This document shows, piece by piece, positions 9,730-17,893 of a DNA stretch of 64,000 bases. The position numbers were made by a program, and so were the translations under genes. The notes under the pieces are model-generated. The model ran no database searches. It worked only from the letters and a program-made list of their open reading frames with translations, and was not told the DNA's origin. The DNA is taken from contig JAZJYP010000075.1 of the NCBI GenBank assembly GCA_040390345.1, positions 1,121-65,120 of the forward strand, read 5' to 3'. The stretch is from Pseudomonadota bacterium. Its GTDB lineage: Bacteria > Pseudomonadota > Gammaproteobacteria > Burkholderiales > Burkholderiaceae_D. How positions within the stretch are numbered: the first letter of the stretch is position 1; every line of letters begins with the position of its first letter.

Positions 9730-10398
9730 ATGAGCCAACTGCTGGAAAACATCGAAATCGAGACGGGCGCCAATCCCACGGTCGCCATCATCTGGATGCA
9801 CGGCCTGGGCGCGGACGGCAACGACTTCGTCCCGCTGGTCAAGGAACTGGACTTGCGCGGTTTGCCCGCAATCCGCTTCGTGTTCCCGCATGCCGGGACG
9901 ATGCCCGTGACGATCAACGGCGGCTACGTGATGCGCGCCTGGTATGACATTCTCGGCACCGACCTCGTACGCCGCGAAGATGAAACGGGGCTGCGCAAGT
10001 CGCAAGCCCAGGTCGAAGCGCTGATCGCGCGCGAAAAGGCGCGCGGCATTCCGGCTTCGCGCATCATCCTGGCCGGCTTCTCGCAGGGCTGCGCGATGAC
10101 CTTGCAAACCGGCTTGCGCCATCCGGAAAAGCTGGCCGGCCTGATGTGCCTGTCCGGTTATGTACCGTTGTCGGCCAAGCTCGCCACCGAGCGCAGCGCG
10201 GCCAGCCTGTCCACGCCGATCTTCATGGTCCATGGCCGCGGCGACGGCGTCATTCCGATCCAGCGCGCCGAAGCCTCGCGCGACCTGCTCGTCTCGATGG
10301 GCTACCAGGTCGAATGGCACGAATACATGATGCAGCACTCCTTGTGCCAGGAAGAAGTCGACCACATTGGCAAGTGGCTCAAACACGTTTTAGCGTGA
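9730..10398 (+). CDS. carboxylesterase/phospholipase-family alpha/beta hydrolase
   Basis: It has the GFSQGC nucleophile elbow and the WMHGLGADGNDF motif. Length and order of motifs fit the esterase family. Confidence 0.8.
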   Translation: MSQLLENIEIETGANPTVAIIWMHGLGADGNDFVPLVKELDLRGLPAIRFVFPHAGTMPVTINGGYVMRAWYDILGTDLVRREDETGLRKSQAQVEALIAREKARGIPASRIILAGFSQGCAMTLQTGLRHPEKLAGLMCLSGYVPLSAKLATERSAASLSTPIFMVHGRGDGVIPIQRAEASRDLLVSMGYQVEWHEYMMQHSLCQEEVDHIGKWLKHVLA

Positions 10399-10413
10399 TC
10401 GAAAGGAGCCGCC

Positions 10414-10614
10414 ATGGCTAAGAAGGAAGAAGAGCTGGACGAAGAAACGCTGGCCCTGATCAACTGGTGCATCGAGGTCGAGAAGCTGTTCATCGCCGCC
10501 GGCGCCACCCAGAAGGAAGCGCAGGAACAGATCGAAGACCACGTCGAGTGGTTCACCGACCTGTTCTACGATGGCTTGTCGCCGGAAGAAGCGGCCAAGG
10601 AAGCGCTGGCCTGA
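10414..10614 (+). CDS. small acidic hypothetical protein
   Basis: 66-aa ORF with GGAG upstream of the ATG. I recognise no family. Confidence 0.4.
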   Translation: MAKKEEELDEETLALINWCIEVEKLFIAAGATQKEAQEQIEDHVEWFTDLFYDGLSPEEAAKEALA

Positions 10615-10615
10615 A

Positions 10616-11140
10616 TTACGGCACGGCCGTCTGGGCCGCGTTCATCACCATCGCCAGCAGGGTGTAGTAGCCGCTGATGCCCATCAGGTCGACCACGCCC
10701 TTTTCGCCGAAGCGCGCCAGCGCCGCCGTGTAGCTGGAGTCGGAGACGCGCTTTGTTTCGTGCAGTTCAATGCAAAAATCATAGACCGCCGCCTCGTCGT
10801 CCGTCAGCATGGGCGGGCGCTGGCGGCGCCGGATCGCTTCGATCGCGATATCGGCGATGCCGGCCTTGGCCGCGATGGGCGCGTGGATGGCCCATTCAAC
10901 GGGCTGCTTCCAGTGGCTGGCCGTGATCAGGATGGCCAGTTCGGTCAGGTGGGGGCCGATGCTGCTGCGAAAGCGCAGGTATTCGCCCATGCGCTGGGTG
11001 CACGCCAACAGCTCGGGGCTGCGCAACAGCGGTATAAAAGGCCCGTACAGCGCGCCGCGCGGGCCATCGATCACCGCCTGCGCCACCGCGCGTTGCTCGT
11101 CCGTCAACATATCCCAAGCAATCGCTCCCAACCTGTCCAT
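10616..11140 (-). CDS. carboxymuconolactone decarboxylase (CMD/AhpD-like) family protein
   Basis: 174 aa, all-helical, with a layout typical of CMD-family proteins (recognition only). Confidence 0.6.
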   Translation of the reverse strand: MDRLGAIAWDMLTDEQRAVAQAVIDGPRGALYGPFIPLLRSPELLACTQRMGEYLRFRSSIGPHLTELAILITASHWKQPVEWAIHAPIAAKAGIADIAIEAIRRRQRPPMLTDDEAAVYDFCIELHETKRVSDSSYTAALARFGEKGVVDLMGISGYYTLLAMVMNAAQTAVP

Positions 11141-11151
11141 GGCGCTCCCTG

Positions 11152-11625
11152 TCAGATCGGCACCCAGAGCCCCACGCCTCCGTTGCCAGTATGCGGATTG
11201 AAGTCGGCGCCGTAGTGTTCGATGAAGGGCGCTTCAGCCGCATGATAGCCCGAATTGGGCAGCCAGTGGTCCATGATGGCCACCCAGGTGTCGCGGATGG
11301 TCGAGACATGGCCGCTGTGGCGGAACACCGCATAACGGTGGGCCGGCACCGCCAATTGCCTCAGTTCCGGTGGGCAATTGGCGACGTTGTCGACGGCGAC
11401 GGCGCAGTAGTATTCCATGCCTTCCTTGTCGCCCTGCACGACGCCATAGGCATCGAAGCCGCTTTGTCCGGGGATGTGGCCGATATAGGGGGCGAAGCGC
11501 TGCCACATGGCCGGGATCGCCGCGGCGTCGGCCGTGTTGAACGGTCCGCCCAGGCCGGCCAGCAGCAGCGCCGGTTTTTCTTCGATGCGGGGCGGCGCCA
11601 GTTCGGGTTTGGTTTTCGTATCCAT
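11152..11625 (-). CDS. GyrI-like small-molecule-binding domain protein
   Basis: 157 aa. The motifs MWQRF...GVV...YYCAV...VPAHRYAVFRHSG...HWLPNSGY are typical of the effector-binding domain of AraC/Rob-type regulators. Confidence 0.7.
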   Translation of the reverse strand: MDTKTKPELAPPRIEEKPALLLAGLGGPFNTADAAAIPAMWQRFAPYIGHIPGQSGFDAYGVVQGDKEGMEYYCAVAVDNVANCPPELRQLAVPAHRYAVFRHSGHVSTIRDTWVAIMDHWLPNSGYHAAEAPFIEHYGADFNPHTGNGGVGLWVPI

Positions 11626-11645
11626 GATGATTACCTCAATCAGAG

Positions 11646-11759
11646 TCAGGTTGTCGATGTGGCGCTGGGCGCATGCAACGCCGTCGCCACGGTCTCGAGC
11701 GAGATGTCGCCGGCGTAGTGGCTGTTGATATACCAGCGAGCTTTTGCGATGACGGTCAT
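11646..11759 (-). pseudogene. 37-codon remnant of an AraC-type HTH N-terminus
   Basis: My own translation of the minus strand gives MTVIAKARWYINSHYAGDISLETVATALHAPSATSTT then a stop. The start (A..YI..HY...ISLE.VA) resembles AraC-family helix 1-2, and it lies directly upstream of the GyrI-like ORF. Confidence 0.35.
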
Positions 11760-11842
11760 GTTTTTTCCTTGCGTGGGACAGGTGCTACGATGCCTGTCGC
11801 TGGCGCGTCACGCTTGATCGGGATTGCGCAATTGGCGGCGCG

Positions 11843-12136
11843 CTAGGTATGCTTGGCAATATAAAACGTGGCACCGACCAACGCAGTGCCGTAGGTCACC
11901 ATCAGCGTGCTGCACAGAACGAAGAGACGCGAAATTTGCTCTCTCAGTTCCTTTCGCACCTCGCCGCGCACGTCGTGTATGTCGGTGCGCAAGCCTTCAA
12001 TTTCCTTGTGCAAGCCTTCAATGTCCATGTGCAAGCCTTCAATGTCCTTGCGCAAGTTATGAACCTCTAGCTCCACGCGGTCCATTCTCGCGGTCAAATC
12101 ATCTATCCTGTGATGCAAATGCTGTACTTCGGGCAC
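11843..12136 (-). CDS. tail-anchored coiled-coil protein with heptad tandem repeats
   Basis: 97 aa. The repeats DIEGLHMDIEGLHKEIEGL are followed by a C-terminal hydrophobic helix (LFVLCSTLMVTYGTALVGATFYI). Confidence 0.55.
   Translation of the reverse strand: MPEVQHLHHRIDDLTARMDRVELEVHNLRKDIEGLHMDIEGLHKEIEGLRTDIHDVRGEVRKELREQISRLFVLCSTLMVTYGTALVGATFYIAKHT
11988..12055. repeat. 21-bp tandem repeat (about 3.2 copies) inside the coiled-coil ORF
   Basis: The copies read GCAAGCCTTCAATTTCCTTGT / GCAAGCCTTCAATGTCCATGT / GCAAGCCTTCAATGTCCTTGC / GCAAG. The repeat is in frame, 7 codons per unit. Confidence 0.85.
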
Positions 12137-12365
12137 GTTTCGATGCGAGTCAGGCGCGCTTCCATTCCCTTATCATAGACAGCGCGCCTGGCATCGTCAA
12201 ACAGGGGTTCGCGTGAATTTTCGCCTGGCATTTTGGTCTCCTGAGCGTCGTCGTGGACCGGTCAATACTGCACGTAAATATTTGCCCTTCGTTTCACCTG
12301 GATCAAACAAAGCTGCGCGATTCGCCCCTATTGTCATCAATCCGCAATCCGGCCCAAGGACCGTC

Positions 12366-13697
12366 ATGACCCACATCATCCACCGCAACCTGCTGGCCCG
12401 CCCACCGATCGCCGTGAGCGCCCTGGGCATCGAAGTGCGCGACAGCGAAGGCAAGACCTACCTCGACGCCAGTGGCGGCGCGGCCGTCTCTTCGCTCGGC
12501 CATGGTCACCCGGAGGTGCTGGCGGCCATGCATCGCCAGATCGACCGCAACGCCTATGCGCATACGGCCTTCTTCACCACCGAGGTGGCCGAGGAACTGG
12601 CGGCGCGCCTGGCGGCGGGCGCACCGGAGCCGGGCATGGAAGTGTATTTCCTCTCGGGCGGTTCGGAAGCGATGGAGACGGCGCTCAAGCTGGCGCGCCA
12701 GTATTTCGTCGAGAATGGCGAAGCACAGCGCAGCACCTTCATCGCGCGCCGCCAGAGCTTTCACGGCAACACGCTTGGCGCGCTGGCCGTCGGTGGCAAT
12801 GCCTGGCGGCGCCAGCACTTCGCGCCGCTGCTGATCGACGTGGCGCGGATCGCCCCCTGCAATGCGTATCGCGACCGCGGCGCGCAGCAGTCGCTGGACC
12901 AGTACACGGCGTCACTGCTGCAGGAACTGGAAGCGGCCATCCTTGCCTCCGGGCCGGAAAAGGTGATCGGGTTCGTCGCCGAAACCGTGGTCGGCGCCAC
13001 CGGCGGCGCGGTGCCGCCCACGCCCGGCTATTTCCGCGGCGTGCGCGCACTGTGCGACAAATACGGCATCCTGTTCATCGCTGACGAAGTCATGTGCGGC
13101 ATGGGCCGTACCGGCACCATGTATGCCATCGAACAGGACGGCGCCATCCCCGACATCATTACCCTGGGCAAGGGACTGGGCGCCGGCTACCAGCCGATCG
13201 GCGCGGTGCTCGCGCGCGCAGCCATCGTGGCGCCGCTGCGCAGCGGCAGCGGGATGTTCCACCACGGGCATACTTACGTCGGCCATCCGGTGGCGGCGGC
13301 GGCGGCGCTGGCAGTGCAAAAGGTGATTGAACAGGAGAACCTGCTGGGCGCGGTGCAGGCGCGTGGCGAATCGCTGCGCACCATGCTGCGCTCGGCCTTC
13401 GCCGGCCACGAACACGTGGGCGACATCCGCGGGCGCGGCCTGCTGCTGGCGGTGGAACTGGTGCAGGACCGCGACAGCAAGCGCGCGTTCGCGCCGGCGC
13501 GCAAGCTGCACGCGGCCATCAAGGCGCAGGCGATGGTGCGCGGCCTGATGGTCTATCCGATGGGTGGCACCATCGACGGCCTGCATGGCGACCATATCCT
13601 GCTCGCGCCGCCCTTTATCGTCAGCGAGGCGCAGTTGTCGGAGATCGTCTCGCGGCTGATCGATGCTGTGGACGCCGCGATCGCGCTTGGTGGGTGA
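12366..13697 (+). CDS. class III (omega/beta-amino acid) PLP aminotransferase
   Basis: ATG at 12366. The motifs SSLGHGHPEV, FLSGGSEAMETALKLAR, FIADEVMCGMGRTG and HGHTY are class III aminotransferase signatures. Confidence 0.85.
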   Translation: MTHIIHRNLLARPPIAVSALGIEVRDSEGKTYLDASGGAAVSSLGHGHPEVLAAMHRQIDRNAYAHTAFFTTEVAEELAARLAAGAPEPGMEVYFLSGGSEAMETALKLARQYFVENGEAQRSTFIARRQSFHGNTLGALAVGGNAWRRQHFAPLLIDVARIAPCNAYRDRGAQQSLDQYTASLLQELEAAILASGPEKVIGFVAETVVGATGGAVPPTPGYFRGVRALCDKYGILFIADEVMCGMGRTGTMYAIEQDGAIPDIITLGKGLGAGYQPIGAVLARAAIVAPLRSGSGMFHHGHTYVGHPVAAAAALAVQKVIEQENLLGAVQARGESLRTMLRSAFAGHEHVGDIRGRGLLLAVELVQDRDSKRAFAPARKLHAAIKAQAMVRGLMVYPMGGTIDGLHGDHILLAPPFIVSEAQLSEIVSRLIDAVDAAIALGG

Positions 13698-13765
13698 CGC
13701 GCTGCGCGCTGACCCACCCTACGCCACTGCCTGGGTCGCGGGCCAAGGGTGCGCGTCACCCACCA
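13689..13765. repeat. REP-like palindromes (GGTGGGTGACGCGC variant)
   Basis: GGTGGGTGACGCGCTGCGCGCTGACCCACCCTACG is followed by GGGTGCGCGTCACCCACC. It sits between convergent genes. Confidence 0.6.
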
Positions 13766-13772
13766 ACAGGGG

Positions 13773-14612
13773 CTACGCCACCACGCTCTGCTGCTGTTCA
13801 CCCAGGCCGGCGATCCCCAGGCGCAGCTTGTCGCCACGCTTGAGGAAGCGCTGCGGCTTGCGCGCCATGCCCACGCCTGGCGGCGTACCGGTGGCGATGA
13901 TATCGCCCGGCTCGAGCGTCATGAAGCGCGACAGGTAGGCGACGATCTGGGCCACCGTGAAGATCATGGTCTCGGTGCTGCCGGTCTGCATGCGCTTGCC
14001 GTTCACTTCCAGGTACAGGTCGAGCTTCTGCACGTCGAACACTTCGTCGCGCGTGACCAGCCACGGGCCCACCGGGCCGAAGGTGTCGCAGCCCTTGCCC
14101 TTGTCCCACTGCGGTCCGCGTTCGAGCTGGTACTCGCGCTCGGACAAATCGTTGACGACGACATAGCCGGCCACATGGTTCAAGGCCTCCGCTTCGCTGA
14201 CGTATTGGGCGCGCGTGCCGATGACGACACCGAGTTCGACTTCCCAGTCGGTCTTCTTCGAGCCCTGCGGCAGCAGCACGTCGTCGTCCGCGCCGGACAG
14301 GCAACTGACTGCCTTCATGAACACGATGGGCTCGAGCGGTGGCGTGGCACCGATTTCGGCCGCGTGGTCGCTGTAGTTCAAGCCGATGCCGATGAATTTG
14401 CCGACGCGCTTGATTGGCACGCCCATACGTGGATTGCCCTTCACCTTGGGCAGGGTCTTGGGATCGATCTTGGCCAGCTTGCGCAGGGCCTTGTCGGACA
14501 GGTGATGGGCGTCGATATCGTCGATCACGCCGGACAGGTCGCGCAGGCGGCCTTCCTCGTCGAGCATGCCGGGTTTTTCTTTGCCGGGACGGCCGTAGCG
14601 AAGCAGTTTCAT
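13773..14612 (-). CDS. fumarylacetoacetate hydrolase (FAH) family protein
   Basis: 279 aa. The segments GIGLNYSDHA, DWEVELGVVIG and TGTPPGVG are classical FAH-fold motifs. Its start overlaps the MFS stop as ATGA. Confidence 0.85.
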   Translation of the reverse strand: MKLLRYGRPGKEKPGMLDEEGRLRDLSGVIDDIDAHHLSDKALRKLAKIDPKTLPKVKGNPRMGVPIKRVGKFIGIGLNYSDHAAEIGATPPLEPIVFMKAVSCLSGADDDVLLPQGSKKTDWEVELGVVIGTRAQYVSEAEALNHVAGYVVVNDLSEREYQLERGPQWDKGKGCDTFGPVGPWLVTRDEVFDVQKLDLYLEVNGKRMQTGSTETMIFTVAQIVAYLSRFMTLEPGDIIATGTPPGVGMARKPQRFLKRGDKLRLGIAGLGEQQQSVVA

Positions 14613-15880
14613 GGTGGGGCTTTCAAAGCGTGTGCGAATGCGTGACTATACCCGTTACGGGAACGCCGTGCGTAGTCGATCAATCCAGGCAGCTGCAGCG
14701 CCACCAGCACACCGAAGGCAACGCGGTAGGCGTCGGCCGGATAGTGGCCAAGCGCGTCCGGTTTCCATCGCGCGATGACGAGGCCGAAGCAGCATTGCAC
14801 CAGGAAGGCGCCGACGAAAATCAACAGGTTCAGGCAGGTGGCGGCGCGCCCTGTGAGCGTGCGCGGCATGCTTTGCGCGACGATCGCGTATTCGATGCCG
14901 GTGATCGTACCGACCAGCGTAAACAGCACCGACAGCATCTGGTAGCTGGGCGCGTAGTTGACCACGATCGCCGCCTGCACCGCCACGAACAGGCCGATAC
15001 CCATGCCCGCCACGTCGAGCGGCTTGATGCCGCGCCGTCCTGCCCATTCCGTCACCATGCCCACCGCAATGGCGCCGAAGATCACCGAGGCCATGCCCAG
15101 GTACAGCAGGTAGGCTACGGCGGCGTCGGAGAAATGCGCCACGTCGGATAGCCAGCGCCCGATCCACAGGCCCTGGATGCCGAAAAAGACCGTGTGCGGC
15201 ACCAGCACCAGCGAGATCGTGGTGCGGAAGGCGCGGTCGCGGTAGACGTCGAGGATCGATTGCACCGACGGCGGCGCGCCGCCCGGTGCGGCGCCGCGCG
15301 GCGTGAGCAGCCAGATCAAGAGGCCCACGCAGGCGGTCAGGGCGCCGAGCAGCGTGAACAGGCCGCGCCAGTCGGTGTAGTGCAGCGCCAGGCGCACCGG
15401 CAGCGTGGCCGAGGCAGCGCCCAGGCCGCCGACGGCGATCAGGTAGCCATGCACGGAAGGCAGCCTGGATGGCGCGATCCAGGTCGAGATGGCCTTCACC
15501 GCCGACATGAAACAGCCGCCCAGGCCGAAGCCGATCACGAAGCGCGCCGCCACCAGCTGGTAGAAGCTGTGGCCGTGGGCGAACAGCAGCGCGCCGGCAC
15601 CGGCAACGAGCAGCAGCACCAGCTGCACCTTGCGCGGCCCATGGCGGTCGAGCGCGATCCCGACTGGCAACTGCACCAGCGCGAAGGAAAAGAAGAAGGC
15701 GCTGGTGAGCATGCCGAGCTGGCCCGCGTCGAGGGCCATGCTGTGCACCAGTTGCGGCGCCAGTACCGCGTTCACGGTGCGCAGCAGTGCCGACAGGTAG
15801 TGTCCCAGCGCGAACGGCAGGAACACGTAGAAGAACACGGCAAGGCCGGACAGCCTTGCCCCTTCCTGCTGGCCGTCCAT
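14609..15880 (-). CDS. MFS transporter
   Basis: ATG at 15880, 4 nt after the kamA-like stop. About 12 hydrophobic segments. The upstream extension in the ORF track is a shadow of the kamA-like 3' end. Confidence 0.8.
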   Translation of the reverse strand: MDGQQEGARLSGLAVFFYVFLPFALGHYLSALLRTVNAVLAPQLVHSMALDAGQLGMLTSAFFFSFALVQLPVGIALDRHGPRKVQLVLLLVAGAGALLFAHGHSFYQLVAARFVIGFGLGGCFMSAVKAISTWIAPSRLPSVHGYLIAVGGLGAASATLPVRLALHYTDWRGLFTLLGALTACVGLLIWLLTPRGAAPGGAPPSVQSILDVYRDRAFRTTISLVLVPHTVFFGIQGLWIGRWLSDVAHFSDAAVAYLLYLGMASVIFGAIAVGMVTEWAGRRGIKPLDVAGMGIGLFVAVQAAIVVNYAPSYQMLSVLFTLVGTITGIEYAIVAQSMPRTLTGRAATCLNLLIFVGAFLVQCCFGLVIARWKPDALGHYPADAYRVAFGVLVALQLPGLIDYARRSRNGYSHAFAHALKAPP

Positions 15881-15884
15881 GGCA

Positions 15885-17231
15885 TCAGGCGGCTTGGCTG
15901 GCGACCAGTGGGATGACCTTGCGCGCGGCCCGGTCCTCTTCCTCGAAGAAGAATTTGCTCTGGCCGAAGGCCGGCACCAGGTGGTCCAGCCAGGTGGCGG
16001 CCGGGTCGTATTTGGCGAAGAAGGGCTTGCGCACCCAGTCCGGATTGCGCGCTTGCAGGAACTGCAGGGCGAACAGCTTTTCACCATTGATCGTCACCAC
16101 GCCGTCGACGACGACCTTGCCGGGGAAGGCGCTCATCGACGGTCCGCGCACGGTGCGCGACAGGCCCGACACCATCTGGTAGGCGGACTGGAAGATCTCG
16201 TGCGCGCGCGCCAGCGGCAGCGCGAAGTAGTCGGATGGCCCGGTGTCGCGCTCGACGAACATGTAGTAGGGGATGGCGCCCAGGCGCACGCCGGTGGTCC
16301 ACAGTTCGGCCCAGCTGGCCGGGTCTTCGTTGATGTGGCGGATCAGCGGGCCCTGCATGCGCAGGGTGGCACCGGTTTCGACGATGCGCTTGACGGCCGC
16401 CTGGGCCACGTCCTGGCGCAGCTCCACCGCGTGGCTGTAGTGGCCCATGATGGCCAGGTTCTTGCCGCTCTTGACGACGCGCTCGAACAGGCGCAGCAGG
16501 TCGCCGCTGTCGCGGTCGGAGACGAAGCGCTGCGGCCAGTAGGCCACCGACTTGGTGCCGATGCGGATGTTCTGGATGTGGGCCAGCGACGGGTCGAGCA
16601 GCGGTTCGAGCACGTCGGTGAGCTGGCGCGTGTTCATGATCAGGGGGTCGCCGCCGGTGATGAGGACGTCGGTGACGTCGCGGTGGTTCTGCAGGTAAGC
16701 CACCAGTTCGCCCGTCTCGCGCGCGTCGAACTTCATGTCGTCCATGCCGGCAAACTGCGGCCAGCGGAAGCAGAAGGTGCAATAGGCGTGGCAGGTCTGG
16801 CCGGCGCTGGGAAAAAACAGCACCGTCTCCTTGTATTTGTGCTGCAGGCCGCGCAGCGGCGCGTCGTTTACGCGCGGGACGTTGTGGGTCATCTGGCCGG
16901 CCGGGTGCGGATTCATGCGCAGTCGGATCGCATGCACCAGGCGCGCGGTGGCGGCATCATCTTTCTTGTACAGCAGCAGCTCGCGCAGCTGCGCATATTC
17001 CGTGGCCGGCAGCATGTCGCGGTGCGGAAAGGTGAGGCGGTAGATCGGGTCGTCCGGAATATTGTTCCAGTCGATCAGCTGGTCCATCACATAGGCATTG
17101 GTGCGAAAAGGCAAGACGTGCGAGACCACCTGCACGGCTTCCTGCAGGTCGGCGGGCATCCATTGCCATTGCCTGGCAAGGGCGATGGTCTGGCGCGTGT
17201 AGGGCTTGAATTTGGCGAGTTCGGCGATCAC
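15885..17231 (-). CDS. KamA-family radical SAM aminomutase (lysine 2,3-aminomutase-like)
   Basis: It has the CHAYCTFC (CxxxCxxC) cluster motif, ITGGDPL, and a KamA-type N-terminal region (LPFRTNAYVMDQLIDW...DPIYRLTFP). I prefer the GTG at 17231, preceded by AGGAG, over the GTG at 17282. Confidence 0.85.
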   Translation of the reverse strand: MIAELAKFKPYTRQTIALARQWQWMPADLQEAVQVVSHVLPFRTNAYVMDQLIDWNNIPDDPIYRLTFPHRDMLPATEYAQLRELLLYKKDDAATARLVHAIRLRMNPHPAGQMTHNVPRVNDAPLRGLQHKYKETVLFFPSAGQTCHAYCTFCFRWPQFAGMDDMKFDARETGELVAYLQNHRDVTDVLITGGDPLIMNTRQLTDVLEPLLDPSLAHIQNIRIGTKSVAYWPQRFVSDRDSGDLLRLFERVVKSGKNLAIMGHYSHAVELRQDVAQAAVKRIVETGATLRMQGPLIRHINEDPASWAELWTTGVRLGAIPYYMFVERDTGPSDYFALPLARAHEIFQSAYQMVSGLSRTVRGPSMSAFPGKVVVDGVVTINGEKLFALQFLQARNPDWVRKPFFAKYDPAATWLDHLVPAFGQSKFFFEEEDRAARKVIPLVASQAA

Positions 17232-17446
17232 GGTGTTCTCCTGAAAGTGGGGACGGCTTGCCCATCTTAGGATTTGCCACACGGAACGAATTGCCGAACA
17301 TCAATTGAGCGACAGGAAGATTTCCACTTGGAATAAGTTCCCTTCAGAAATGGCTGGCCGCCCTTGTGCCAGCGCAAAGGCCGGGGCGGCGGGGAGCGTA
17401 GATTACGACATGCATGTAAGCAACTTTCCAATTTGAAAGGACCGCC

Positions 17447-17893
17447 ATGAAACTGCTCCTCGCCCTCGCCTTCGCTGGCGCCGCCCCGGCCCTGCTGGCG
17501 GCCGAACCGACCGAAAAAGACGCCATCGCGATGGTGGAAAAAGGGGTGGCCTTGGTCAAGGCCAGCGGCAAGGCCGCGCTCGCCAAGAAGATCAGCGACA
17601 AGGATCCCGACTACGTCAACGGCGCGCTCTACCTCGACATGCGCGACCTGTACACCGGCATCGTACTGGCCCACCCGATCAACCACTCGATCGTCGGCAA
17701 GGACCTCACCGACGTGCCCGACGCCAGCGGCAAGAAGTACCGGCGCGAGATCATCGAACTGGCCCAGAAGAAGGGCCGTGGCTGGGTCGACTACCAGTAC
17801 AAGCATCCGACCAGCGGCAAGATCGAACCGAAGACGACCTATATCCAGCGTGTGGACGACGTCGTGCTCGAAGCGGGCATCTACAAAAAATGA
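17447..17893 (+). CDS. secreted stand-alone single-Cache (sCache_2-like) domain protein
   Basis: It has a signal peptide ([18 protein letters not shown]). The segments [26 protein letters not shown]...DASGKKY...[23 protein letters not shown] follow the sCache_2 pattern. No TM or output domain is present. Confidence 0.75.
   Translation: MKLLLALAFAGAAPALLAAEPTEKDAIAMVEKGVALVKASGKAALAKKISDKDPDYVNGALYLDMRDLYTGIVLAHPINHSIVGKDLTDVPDASGKKYRREIIELAQKKGRGWVDYQYKHPTSGKIEPKTTYIQRVDDVVLEAGIYKK

Noticed and set aside
11988-12055. Regularly spaced 21-bp repeats considered as a mini-CRISPR.
   Set aside because: The units are directly tandem with no spacers, lie in frame inside a coiled-coil ORF, and have no cas genes nearby.
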